From a virus (taxonomy: Duplodnaviria; Caudoviricetes): a DNA stretch of 25,428 bases. The translations under genes were made by a program, and so were the position numbers. This document shows, piece after piece, positions 1 through 9,039 of the stretch. Under the pieces are notes generated by a model. It ran no database searches. It saw nothing but the letters and a program-made list of their open reading frames with translations, and was not told the DNA's origin. Position 1 is the first letter of the stretch. Every line of letters starts with the position of its first letter. The stretch spans positions 1-25,428 of the IMG/VR virus record IMGVR_UViG_3300031688_000123. The stretch is one strand, 5' to 3'.

Positions 1-204
1 TCAGCAAGCTCAGTGACAATTACCCTGCCTGCAAGCCCTAGTGCTGGCAACGTAGTCTTCATTAAAAACGCTGGCACAGGCACAGTCACAGTGGGTCGTA
101 ATGGCTCTAAGATTAATTCGCAAACACAAGACGGAACCTTGGCGGCAGACGCTGCTGCAACTCTTGTTTTTGTGAACGCAACGATTGGATTTAAGGAGCT
201 TTGA
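1..204 (+). CDS. Tail fibre adaptor-domain protein, cassette 1 (5'-truncated)
   Basis: Frame 1 is open from base 1. The TITLPASPSAG...TVGRNGSKI...D.TL motif is shared with the ORFs at 1314 and 2754 and is typical of fibre repeat domains in aquatic phages. Confidence 0.7.
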   Translation, partial: SASSVTITLPASPSAGNVVFIKNAGTGTVTVGRNGSKINSQTQDGTLAADAAATLVFVNATIGFKEL

Positions 205-205
205 A

Positions 206-1087
206 ATGGCTATAAGTTTAGGTGGGGGCGGTAGTGCCTCAGTAATAAATGAAAAAATAAATATAAACTCAGCAGAAAACCTAATCACTTTGGCTGATGG
301 TCGTGTGTATCTCAAAGGCGGTGTTACGTCAACAGACACATCTACTTACCCAGATGCCACACAAAATATGGCATATACTGGAACAAATTTCAGCACAGCA
401 GGTCAGATGAGTGCTGAGTCAGGGGTTGCTTATGCGAGTGGACATCTATGGGTGCTGGGAAAATACAACAATACTGTATACAAATACACAACCGCTGGCT
501 CTTATACAGGAACTAGTTTTTCAGTAGCTGCTCAAGACTCTGATATGTTTGGCTTAACTGACAGAGACGGCCTAGAGTTTTTAGCGTGTGGTACTCAGAA
601 TAATAGAGTGTCTAGGTACACTAGTTCTGGTTCGTTTAACACTAGTTTTTCTATTGCAGCTCAAACAACTACCTGTAAAGGACTAGCGTGGGACGGCTCA
701 TTCGTGTGGGTCGTAAGCGGAAATGGCAGTGCCTCAACCATTCACAAGTATAACCTTAGCGGAACCTACCAGAACGTAGTTTATAACATCACTGCACAAG
801 ACAACAACGCACAAGGCATCACATGGGATGGCAGCTTTTTCTGGGTGTGCGGGCGGCAAAATAACAGCGTCTATCAGTTTACAGCCGCTGGCGTATATAC
901 GGGTAAAACACTAAGTGTTTCTTCTCAAGGTACAAGACCTGTAGGGATAAATTTTGGAGCTTCAGCTTATTGGGTGGTAGATGAAACTGCTAATAAAGTC
1001 TTCAAATACCTAAACCAAATTGGCGTAGTTTCTACGTCGTCTGGAGCAGCCACTACTGGTGAGCAAAACTATGTGAGGATTAAATGA
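206..1087 (+). CDS. Putative receptor-binding adhesin with beta-propeller-like repeats, cassette 1
   Basis: Start moved to ATG 206, which follows AAGGAG at 193-198. About 40-aa blades recur (GLAWDGSFVWVV, GITWDGSFFWVC). The N- and C-termini are similar to the ORF at 1664. Confidence 0.65.
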   Translation: MAISLGGGGSASVINEKININSAENLITLADGRVYLKGGVTSTDTSTYPDATQNMAYTGTNFSTAGQMSAESGVAYASGHLWVLGKYNNTVYKYTTAGSYTGTSFSVAAQDSDMFGLTDRDGLEFLACGTQNNRVSRYTSSGSFNTSFSIAAQTTTCKGLAWDGSFVWVVSGNGSASTIHKYNLSGTYQNVVYNITAQDNNAQGITWDGSFFWVCGRQNNSVYQFTAAGVYTGKTLSVSSQGTRPVGINFGASAYWVVDETANKVFKYLNQIGVVSTSSGAATTGEQNYVRIK

Positions 1088-1311
1088 TGACTTTAGTTAT
1101 ACAAGCAGACCATGTTTCGCCAACATCAGCAGCAATCTTCTGGCGCAATGATGAACTCGCTCGCACAGACATAGCCGCCACAGTTTCTGACTACCCGAAC
1201 GCAGCAGCCATCCTAGTGTACCGCGAGGCACTTAGGCAATGGCCTGCAAGAAACGAAGCTGGTGAATACATCAACGGCTTTCCCAACACACGACCAGTTA
1301 TAGGGGAATAA
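1084..1311 (+). CDS. Tail fibre assembly chaperone-like protein, cassette 1
   Basis: WRNDELARTD...YREALRQWP...FPNTRP resembles Phage_tail_APC-type chaperones. ATGA overlap with the upstream gene. Confidence 0.7.
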   Translation: MMTLVIQADHVSPTSAAIFWRNDELARTDIAATVSDYPNAAAILVYREALRQWPARNEAGEYINGFPNTRPVIGE

Positions 1312-1313
1312 CT

Positions 1314-1667
1314 ATGGCTTTAACAAAAGTAAAGGCTGGCGTTATTGCAGACGATTCAATTGGTGCTTCTCAAATTGCTTCTGACCCAATATCAGTGGGC
1401 ATCACCACAGTAGCCACAGCATCATCGTTGACAGCCACAGTTAATACTCATGTCTACGTTAGCGCAGCAGGTCAGACTATAACGCTGCCTGCGTCACCTT
1501 CGGCTGGTCAGCGAGTGCTGATTACCGTGGGTAACTTTGTTAACACAATTGTGGGTCGCAACAGCAGTAACATTATGTCTAGCGGCACTGATATGACACT
1601 GGACAAAGAGTACCTTTCAATTCAATTTATATTTACAGACGCGACACGCGGATGGGTAATGGCATGA
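1314..1667 (+). CDS. Tail fibre adaptor protein, cassette 2
   Basis: MALTKV anchor followed by the TITLPASPSAGQRV...VGRNSSNI...DATRGW domain. Confidence 0.7.
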   Translation: MALTKVKAGVIADDSIGASQIASDPISVGITTVATASSLTATVNTHVYVSAAGQTITLPASPSAGQRVLITVGNFVNTIVGRNSSNIMSSGTDMTLDKEYLSIQFIFTDATRGWVMA

Positions 1668-2551
1668 GCAACTTTAGTGATTTTATAAGTAGTGGCGGCG
1701 GCGGCTCAGAGGTCAATGACCAGAAGTTTATCAACAGTACAGCCAATCTTATTACAACAGAGTCAGGCGAGAAGTGGCTAAAGTCTGGAGTTACAGAGAC
1801 CTCAGTGTCCGACTATCCTAATGCAAGTACCGTTATATCTACCATAGCTAACGGGAGTTTTAACTTTAGTGCCGCATCAGCACCAAAAGGCATTGTGGCT
1901 ATAGGTTCTGATATTTGGGTACTTTATTCAGCAAGTATGCAAAAGTTTGCAAATACAGGGGGTTCTGCTCTAATTACTATAGGGACTTTAGGTGGGTCAG
2001 AAACTAACGCGAGAGGATTAGGTTACGATGGAACACATTTATATGTCGTAGGCGATCAGTACGATTGGGTGGCGCGGTACAACACTGCGGGTGTCTATCT
2101 AAACTCTAGCTTTTCGACTACTCCTTCCTCTTCTCCACGTTCTGCTGCTTGGGACGGGTCGCACTTCCATGTCTCTCAATATTCTAATAATACAGTCTAT
2201 AAGATTACTGCGGCTGGGGTCTACTCAGGACAAAGCTATACGGTGCAGGCTAGCGGCTGCTCTTTAACTGTTGCTGACGGTTATATTTATGCAATGAGAG
2301 CTGATTCTACTATTGATAAATACTCAACTGGCGGGGTTTTTATAAATACTTTAGCGGGGTATTCTTTTGTATCGGGAGTAGCTGGTAACAGTAGCAATAC
2401 TGCTTATACAGGTATTACCTATGATGGGTCTAATTTTTGGATTTGTGTGCTTAGTAATGAAAAGGCTTATAAGTTTACTACAACAAAAGTAGTCGGTCTT
2501 ACCTCTTCAACATCAGAAGCGGGTTCACCGCTGTATTCGAGGATACTCTAA
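1664..2551 (+). CDS. Putative receptor-binding adhesin with beta-propeller-like repeats, cassette 2
   Basis: Start moved to ATG 1664 (ATGA overlap, MSNFSDFISSGGGG). Repeats include GLGYDGTHLYVV, SAAWDGSHFHV and GITYDGSNFWIC. Paralog of 206-1087. Confidence 0.65.
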   Translation: MSNFSDFISSGGGGSEVNDQKFINSTANLITTESGEKWLKSGVTETSVSDYPNASTVISTIANGSFNFSAASAPKGIVAIGSDIWVLYSASMQKFANTGGSALITIGTLGGSETNARGLGYDGTHLYVVGDQYDWVARYNTAGVYLNSSFSTTPSSSPRSAAWDGSHFHVSQYSNNTVYKITAAGVYSGQSYTVQASGCSLTVADGYIYAMRADSTIDKYSTGGVFINTLAGYSFVSGVAGNSSNTAYTGITYDGSNFWICVLSNEKAYKFTTTKVVGLTSSTSEAGSPLYSRIL

Positions 2552-2754
2552 TGGCTATCGTTATATATGAACAAGTGCTTGAAACTCAAGAAGTATACGC
2601 AAAGCAATGGCGTGATGCAGAATTAACTCGCACTGACATATTGGTTGCAATACCTGATCATCCACAACGTGCGGCTCTTTTAACGTACCGTACTGATCTA
2701 AGAGCATGGCCCTCCACAGATTCGTTTCCAGACACAAGACCTGAGGTGAACTGA
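2551..2754 (+). CDS. Tail fibre assembly chaperone-like protein, cassette 2
   Basis: WRDAELTRTD...YRTDLRAWPSTDSFPDTRP. Confidence 0.7.
   Translation: MAIVIYEQVLETQEVYAKQWRDAELTRTDILVAIPDHPQRAALLTYRTDLRAWPSTDSFPDTRPEVN
2706..2741 (+). repeat. 36-bp direct repeat, copy 1 (copy 2 at 4170-4205)
   Basis: atggccctccacagattcgtttccagacacaagacc versus atggccgtccacagattcgtttcctgacacaagacc, 34/36 identical. Confidence 0.9.
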
Positions 2755-3059
2755 TGTCGATTACTAAAGTATCCTCAAGCGTTCTTGACAACACTGGTAT
2801 CCCTACAGCAACTGTAGGCAGCAATGCAAACGCTACACCTAACACACATCATTTCGTCAGTGCATCAGGTGTGACGCTAACTCTTCCAACTCCTACTGTG
2901 GGCATGAAGGTCTACGTAACTGTAGGTAACTTTGACACAACAGTCATTGGGCGCAATAGCAGCACCATCGTAGGCTCTGCAACAGACTTAACAATCAACG
3001 TAGCTAATATGTCTATCGGGCTTATTGGCACATCAACTTCATCATGGGTGTTTATATAA
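2754..3059 (+). CDS. Tail fibre adaptor protein, cassette 3
   Basis: MSITKV anchor, then VTLTLPTPTVGMKVYVTVGNF...IGRNSSTI. Paralog of 1314-1667. Confidence 0.7.
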   Translation: MSITKVSSSVLDNTGIPTATVGSNANATPNTHHFVSASGVTLTLPTPTVGMKVYVTVGNFDTTVIGRNSSTIVGSATDLTINVANMSIGLIGTSTSSWVFI

Positions 3060-3905
3060 ATGTCGAATTTAACTGACCTAATATCAGCAGGCGGTGGTGG
3101 TGGTACTTTATTTACAATCCCCGTTACCAAATCAACAACATGGACACCTCCGTTTAACGGTACTGCGGTTATCCATTGCATAGGCGCTGGCGGTTCTGGA
3201 GCTACTTCTCAGGCAAAGGAAAAGGCGGGTGGAGGCGCTGCTGGAGGATACTCTCGTAAAGTAGTTACTCTTTCCACAGGCACCAACTGGACAATGGTTG
3301 TAGGAGCAAGTGGCGCTCCGCAAAATGGTCAAGGAACCGGTAATGCTGGCGGAAATACTACTGCAACGGACGGCTCATCAAGCCTCGCGGCTAACGGTGG
3401 TGGTGGGGGTATAAACAACAGTGCGACAGCAGCAGCAGGCGGTACAGCTTCAGGAGGTGATGTAAATAATGCAGGAGGCGTTGGTGGCGCTGGCAGTCTT
3501 CCAATAGGTACTGGAGGCGCTGTTGGTATTTTAGGTACTGGAAACGCTGGCACTAACCATGATATCGAACACAATGACGTAAGTAATAGCGTTTATGGAG
3601 GACACTCTGATGTTATAAGTCCTCAGTTTGAGAATACTAACGGAGAGTTGAGAGGCGGTGGAAGAGGCGGTAGAAGTTATGCGTCTGCTTCAACTGTGCA
3701 GGGCGATAGGTCTAACGGAGGATTTTTAGCAGGTGGAGGGGCTGTCTACAACCAATACGTTAATACTATACAAGGCGGTGACGGTGGCATAGGCGCTGGT
3801 GGCGGTGCTTGCATGATTGGCGCAGCACCTACTCAACTAGGGCGGACTACTTCAGGCGCTGGTGGCCACGGCTTAATTATTGTCATGTACACGGCGATAG
3901 GGTAA
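3060..3905 (+). CDS. Glycine-rich adhesin-like protein, cassette 3
   Basis: The MSNLTDLISAGGGG N-terminus matches the cassette 2 adhesin. The body is a Gly-rich domain (IGAGGSG, GGGAAGGY, GAGGHGLIIVMY). Confidence 0.7.
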   Translation: MSNLTDLISAGGGGGTLFTIPVTKSTTWTPPFNGTAVIHCIGAGGSGATSQAKEKAGGGAAGGYSRKVVTLSTGTNWTMVVGASGAPQNGQGTGNAGGNTTATDGSSSLAANGGGGGINNSATAAAGGTASGGDVNNAGGVGGAGSLPIGTGGAVGILGTGNAGTNHDIEHNDVSNSVYGGHSDVISPQFENTNGELRGGGRGGRSYASASTVQGDRSNGGFLAGGGAVYNQYVNTIQGGDGGIGAGGGACMIGAAPTQLGRTTSGAGGHGLIIVMYTAIG

Positions 3906-3915
3906 GGAGAATACT

Positions 3916-4221
3916 ATGAGCAATAAATGGATAATTAAAGACGCTGATGGAAACATCACTAATCCTTGCATCTTATCTGATGAGGCTTTTGTGCAATCAA
4001 TTTCTGATTATTACGAAGAGTGGGTAGCGGCTGCACCTATCGCACCAACAGCAGAAGAAACTGCTCGCGGATGGCGCGATGCAGAACTGTCATCTACAGA
4101 CACAGCTTCACAGACCCCAGACTGGCCGAATCGTGACAACATCCTGACCTACCGGACTGCATTGCGTCAATGGCCGTCCACAGATTCGTTTCCTGACACA
4201 AGACCCGAACTAGGAAGCTAA
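3916..4221 (+). CDS. Tail fibre assembly chaperone-like protein, cassette 3
   Basis: AAGGAG RBS. WRDAELSSTD...YRTALRQWPSTDSFPDTRP with a longer N-terminal extension than its paralogs. Confidence 0.7.
   Translation: MSNKWIIKDADGNITNPCILSDEAFVQSISDYYEEWVAAAPIAPTAEETARGWRDAELSSTDTASQTPDWPNRDNILTYRTALRQWPSTDSFPDTRPELGS
4170..4205 (+). repeat. 36-bp direct repeat, copy 2
   Basis: 34/36 identical to 2706-2741. Confidence 0.9.
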
Positions 4222-4223
4222 AA

Positions 4224-4544
4224 ATGTCTCCAAAAAGGTTAGAGCCAGAGTCTCGCTATGCTGAGTTTGACTTAAATAACGATGGGATTGTTACGGACGA
4301 TGAAATTCATAAGCATCAAGAGATGGTTGAGTTGCAGCTCAGGGAAGAGAAAGCAGACAGCCAAAGAAAAATGGCATGGGTAGCGATGATATCAATGTGC
4401 GTTTATGCACTCTTACCTTTACTGCCTTTTATACCAGAAAGCAGACTAGAGACACTGGCCTCACTAAGCGACATGCTGTTTCTTAGTCAGGCATCAGTTA
4501 TTGGAATGTTTTTTGGGGCATCAGCTTATATGACGAGGAAGTGA
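4224..4544 (+). CDS. Holin-like membrane protein with EF-hand loop
   Basis: DLNNDGIVTDDE fits the 12-residue EF-hand loop. Two hydrophobic segments and a basic C-terminus follow. Confidence 0.6.
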   Translation: MSPKRLEPESRYAEFDLNNDGIVTDDEIHKHQEMVELQLREEKADSQRKMAWVAMISMCVYALLPLLPFIPESRLETLASLSDMLFLSQASVIGMFFGASAYMTRK

Positions 4545-4545
4545 G

Positions 4546-4914
4546 ATGGGAATTTTAAGTACGATACTGGGAAGCGGTGACGTTATCTCGAAGGGGCTGG
4601 GTCTCATAGACTCCATGCACACAAGCGATACAGAAATGATCGAGGCCAAAACAAAGGCTAAGACAGACCTGCTATCGGCGTATTCGCCATTTAAGATTGC
4701 ACAGCGTTACCTAGCCCTAATCTTTTGCTGCACATTTGTTGGATCATATTTTATGGTCTTGGCGCTCTTCTTTATGGATAAAGACATCTCGCAGGTACAA
4801 GAATTAATCACATCATTTAAGATCGACTGGATTTGCCTCACGATTGTCGGATTTTATTTTGGAGGCGGCGCATTTGAGGGCGTTATAAATAAGAAATCTG
4901 AGGCTAAGAAATGA
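4546..4914 (+). CDS. Holin-like protein (GTA 3TM holin-like)
   Basis: Amphipathic N-terminus, LID..HTS..E..EAK, two TM segments, GFYFGG and a Lys-rich tail. Confidence 0.6.
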   Translation: MGILSTILGSGDVISKGLGLIDSMHTSDTEMIEAKTKAKTDLLSAYSPFKIAQRYLALIFCCTFVGSYFMVLALFFMDKDISQVQELITSFKIDWICLTIVGFYFGGGAFEGVINKKSEAKK

Positions 4915-6905
4915 CAGGATTTAAAATCAATACCTTTGGTGGCACTGCCCCAAAAATATACTCTAGACTTCTTCCAAATGATGTTGCTCAAATTGCCCAA
5001 AATACACGACTCGATTCAGGCCGGTTAGAGCCTTGGAAAGGAAATGCCTCAGCCAGTATAACCCCCGTTGCGAGTTACAGTGTCTCGGCGCAGACCAAGA
5101 CCTTGTTTAAATATACCGATAGCATATGGATCGGAAGCGATAACGACCTTAATATAGTAAGAAGTCCTATCGCAGAAGATCCGTGGGAACGCATTTACCT
5201 AACGGGCCGTTATGGCGCATACCCTGAGATGACCTTATCATCTATTGTTGGATCGGGAACTTACTATCGCCTCGGTCTTCCTTTTCCGGCAAGCCTCCCT
5301 TCCGCCCCTGTGCTGTCAAACAAAGACGCTAGCGCTGAGTCGGCAACTCTGCTGACTGATACTGAAACTCCATTGTCGCGCTCCTACATATATACCTACG
5401 TTACTGCTTACGGAGAGGAGGGGCCTCCCTCCGTGCCGACATTAGCCAATATTGTAGACGTGTATACCGACCAGAACGCAACGGTGACATTTGGCAGCAA
5501 TGTAGCAGGCTACAACATTACATCTAAAAGACTTTATCGAACGGACTCCACAGGGGTATACAGGTTTGTTGCGGATGTAGCCTTTGCAAATGCAACTTAC
5601 TTAGACGTTACAGCAAATATTGATCTGGGAGAAGAAATCCCGACAGCGTCATTTGCAGCTCCGCCAGACGATGTATCAGCAGATCATCCAGATGGAGCTA
5701 TGCAGGGTTTGGTAGCTATGCCTAACGGAATCCTTGCAGGTTTTAGTGGTCAGGCGGTTTGCTTTAGCGAGTCATTTCAGCCCCATGCTTGGCCTACCGA
5801 CTACCAGTTAACGGTAAAGAGTGACATAGTCGCAATAGCCCCACTAACGAGCGGGTTGCTTATTCTTACAAAAGAAAAGCCAGCAATCATTCAGGGTCTT
5901 GATCCTTCTAGCATGGCAATGACAGAGATTGACTCTACACTTTCATGCGTGTCTAAGAGAAGCGTGGTAGATATGGGGGAGTATGTTATGTATGCCTCTC
6001 CAGACGGGCTTGTTATCGGTAGTGAGCAGGGATTAAAGATCGCTACTGGTCAAATACTGACACGGGATCAGTGGCAGGCGTTCGTCCCATCATCCTTAGT
6101 GGGGTTCTTGTGGGAAGGTCACTACATTGGGTTCTACTCTACAGCCTCTGAGAACAAGGGTTTCATCTTTGATCCTCGCGGTGGGAAAAATAGTTTTGTT
6201 AGTTTGGATTTCCATGCAACTGCTGGATTTAGCGATCTTGAAAATGATGAGCTATACCTTGTCGTTAACGGAAGCGTAGTAAAGTTTGCAGAAGGATCGG
6301 CCTTAAATCTCAAGTGGCGGTCAAAAAAATTCTACACCCCAAGACCAATAAATCCTGCTGTAGCAAAGGTTGATTGTGACTCCTACTCTATTACCTCTGT
6401 AACCCACACAGTTACAGTTGTTAATAGCGGTGGAAATAAGTATGCAATTGCAGGGCTTGGGACTGCGCCAGCGCTGACCTTAAAGAGGGGCGTAACATAT
6501 ACGTTTGATTTGTCAGATTCTAGCAACAGTAATCACCCGCTGGCCTTTAAAACATCCTCTGATGCCAGCTACACGACGGGAGTGACTACAACAGGAACTG
6601 CCGGATCTACCGGAGCGAAAGTTGTTTTTACTGTACCGGCAAGTGCGCCAAGCTCGTTAAAGTACTACTGCACTGTCCACGGCAACGCAATGGGAAATTC
6701 AATTTCGGTAAGCGAAGAAGAGCCGCTGACGTTTAAGATCTTTGCGGACGGAGTATTGAAGCATACGCAAGTGGTAGCTAGCAGCGAGTTATTCAGGCTA
6801 CCTTCTGGCTATAAAGGACAGGAGTTTGAAGTAGAGGTTACAGGCTCAGTGCCAATAAACGAGCTTTGTGTTTACGAATCAGCTGCGGAGATTGGACTTG
6901 AGTAA
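4911..6905 (+). CDS. Tail tube/nozzle (stabilisation)-like virion protein with inserted cupredoxin-like domain
   Basis: 664 aa, beta-rich. Motifs (FGG.AP...RLLP, YTYVTAYGEEGPPS, FSE...PHAWP, YASPDGLV, WRSKKF) resemble podovirus tail proteins. Lies directly before the fibre gene. Confidence 0.65.
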   Translation: MTGFKINTFGGTAPKIYSRLLPNDVAQIAQNTRLDSGRLEPWKGNASASITPVASYSVSAQTKTLFKYTDSIWIGSDNDLNIVRSPIAEDPWERIYLTGRYGAYPEMTLSSIVGSGTYYRLGLPFPASLPSAPVLSNKDASAESATLLTDTETPLSRSYIYTYVTAYGEEGPPSVPTLANIVDVYTDQNATVTFGSNVAGYNITSKRLYRTDSTGVYRFVADVAFANATYLDVTANIDLGEEIPTASFAAPPDDVSADHPDGAMQGLVAMPNGILAGFSGQAVCFSESFQPHAWPTDYQLTVKSDIVAIAPLTSGLLILTKEKPAIIQGLDPSSMAMTEIDSTLSCVSKRSVVDMGEYVMYASPDGLVIGSEQGLKIATGQILTRDQWQAFVPSSLVGFLWEGHYIGFYSTASENKGFIFDPRGGKNSFVSLDFHATAGFSDLENDELYLVVNGSVVKFAEGSALNLKWRSKKFYTPRPINPAVAKVDCDSYSITSVTHTVTVVNSGGNKYAIAGLGTAPALTLKRGVTYTFDLSDSSNSNHPLAFKTSSDASYTTGVTTTGTAGSTGAKVVFTVPASAPSSLKYYCTVHGNAMGNSISVSEEEPLTFKIFADGVLKHTQVVASSELFRLPSGYKGQEFEVEVTGSVPINELCVYESAAEIGLE

Positions 6906-9039
6906 CTTTAAGGACAACATGTTAGTCCCACTGAAATGGGCGGGTCAGGATAAGAGGTTTGCAGATGGTCTAAAAGAAAATCTAGATATCATTTGCGGAC
7001 ATCGTGGTGACCCTCTTGATAGGGCGATCACTGCGAGAGACCTTCTTGATTCTGGTATAGCAAAGCTTCCAGCTGGATCTACAGCTTTTAGTGGAAGCTC
7101 AAGAGAGCTTACTCCTCCAGACAAAATTCCATACTTAATTACCCCGCCAGCACCGACTAACTTGCAGGCAAGTGGAGCATTCCAAAATATCCTACTTAAC
7201 TGGGACTTGACTCTATACATAGGTCACGCACATATTGAAATATGGCGCAACACTTCTGACAACATAGCCGCTGCGGCCATGCTAGCAACGACTACACAAT
7301 CAACGGGTACGTATGCTGACAACGTAGGTTCTGGCAGTTCATTTTATTACTGGGTTAGAGCGGTCAACGAAAATGGTCTTTCGGGGCCATTTAATGGATC
7401 TACCGGAACACTAGGACAAACAGCGCCAGATGTCGCTTTTCTTATAAATACTTTATCGAATGCAATAACATCCAGCGAGCTTGCTACATCTCTTAGCACA
7501 CAGCTATCGACTTACCAAACCGTAATAGACGTTAACGGTAATATTACGGGACGAGGCTATCAAACCGCCAGCCAAGTCGCGGGTACTGTGGGCACTGCGG
7601 TTGCTGGGGTAACAGGGAAGATACCGACTTGGGTTGCATCGGGCACATATGCAGTTAACGATGTTGTTAGAGATGCCGGTGGAAAGCTGTATGTGTGTCT
7701 TATCGCTGTAACCGCAGGCACGTCGGACACCCTACCAACTACGTTTGCAGCGCCAACAACTAACTGGAAGCTGTACGGCGACATAGCTCGCACTGAAGAT
7801 AGCGCGAGTAAGATTACACAGCTGAATCTGCTTGACGGAAATTCTAGTTCCGCAGCAGCGCAATCTATTCACGGCCTAAACTCGATATTAAAAGATAGCG
7901 ACGGGAACGCCGTAGTTTCCTCTACAAATTTAAGCACAATGAAAACGTCTGTGCTGAATGCGAATGGCACGGCGCGAGCGACAGCTACCCAAATAGATTA
8001 CCTTAGCTCAAGCTACACCAACCCAACAACAGGTGTAGCGGATAACGTCACTCTCCAGCAAGCGCTGAATACATCGGCGTCTAGTGTCAACGGTTTAAAT
8101 GCTCAGTACTCTGTGAAGATTGACAATAATGGCCACGTTGCAGGATTTGGCCTATCAAGTACTGATGTGGACGGGACACCCTCGTCAGCTTTTATTGTTA
8201 ACGCCGACAAATTTGCAATTGTCCACTCCACTGACACAAGCGCCCAGACGAACAATCCGAATGCGGCTCACGTCCCTTTTGCTGTGCTTCAGGCTACCAC
8301 TTTAAATGGCGTATCAGTTCCTGCGGGTGTTTATATGAAGCAAGCCTTCATATTAAATGGCGCTATTACAAATGCAAAGATAGGCAATGCGGCTATTGAT
8401 AACGCAAAGATAGCAAGCTTATCTGCGGACAAGATTAATGCAGGCACAATTAGTACATCGCTATTAAATATTGACGGTTCGTCTTTAACTAGCGTTGGTG
8501 GTGTTTTGCAGATTGGTTCGGTAAATGTTAATTCTCTTACCGGAACCAGCATTAGCGCAACCATTATGTCTGGCACCACCGTGTACGCGAACAAGCTGAC
8601 GGGCGATGTTAATAAATTGCTTCCATTCAGATCGACTACTACGGTGCCATTTAGTGGAAATGCTGCTGCTGGTGGGGGGGTAGTGCAGGTAATAGCTGTG
8701 CAACTTCCGGCTACATCTCATTTAACCGTAGGCCATAAACCATTTGGCTCGATCACGGGCTGGTACGATTCTACGGCCAATAAGACTTACTCTTTTAAGC
8801 TATATATGCAGCTTGGTACTGGCGCATATCAACTTGTTGGCGAGACTAGATTTAAAGCTAACACTAATCTTTATGCACAGTTTGCTGTTAGTGGCTCTCT
8901 GGCTACTGCTACAACGGCGGTTGTTAATATGAAATTAGAAGTAACGCGGACAGGCAGCTCAGGGATTTCCGACAGCGATAACTCCACTACCCTTGATCGA
9001 GTTTACGAAGTGTCAGGCTTTATTATGGGAGCGAGATAA
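6898..9039 (+). CDS. Host-specificity J-like tail fibre/tip protein
   Basis: Probable TTG start at 6898 (GGAG at 6887-6890; ATG 6919 is an alternative). Contains an FN3-like module (PPAPTNL...YYWVRAVN), a CBM5/12-like module, a DUF1983-like segment (YSVKIDNNGHVAGFGL...FIVNADKFAI) and ITNAKI repeats. Confidence 0.75.
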   Translation: MSNFKDNMLVPLKWAGQDKRFADGLKENLDIICGHRGDPLDRAITARDLLDSGIAKLPAGSTAFSGSSRELTPPDKIPYLITPPAPTNLQASGAFQNILLNWDLTLYIGHAHIEIWRNTSDNIAAAAMLATTTQSTGTYADNVGSGSSFYYWVRAVNENGLSGPFNGSTGTLGQTAPDVAFLINTLSNAITSSELATSLSTQLSTYQTVIDVNGNITGRGYQTASQVAGTVGTAVAGVTGKIPTWVASGTYAVNDVVRDAGGKLYVCLIAVTAGTSDTLPTTFAAPTTNWKLYGDIARTEDSASKITQLNLLDGNSSSAAAQSIHGLNSILKDSDGNAVVSSTNLSTMKTSVLNANGTARATATQIDYLSSSYTNPTTGVADNVTLQQALNTSASSVNGLNAQYSVKIDNNGHVAGFGLSSTDVDGTPSSAFIVNADKFAIVHSTDTSAQTNNPNAAHVPFAVLQATTLNGVSVPAGVYMKQAFILNGAITNAKIGNAAIDNAKIASLSADKINAGTISTSLLNIDGSSLTSVGGVLQIGSVNVNSLTGTSISATIMSGTTVYANKLTGDVNKLLPFRSTTTVPFSGNAAAGGGVVQVIAVQLPATSHLTVGHKPFGSITGWYDSTANKTYSFKLYMQLGTGAYQLVGETRFKANTNLYAQFAVSGSLATATTAVVNMKLEVTRTGSSGISDSDNSTTLDRVYEVSGFIMGAR

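Noticed and set aside
3057-3062. Readthrough fusion of adaptor 3 and adhesin 3 (in-frame TAA-ATG)
   Set aside because: The equivalent junctions in cassettes 1 and 2 are out of frame, so simple translational coupling is more likely.
8674-8680. G7 tract in the fibre gene as a phase-variation site
   Set aside because: Short and explained by Gly-Gly-Gly-Val codons.
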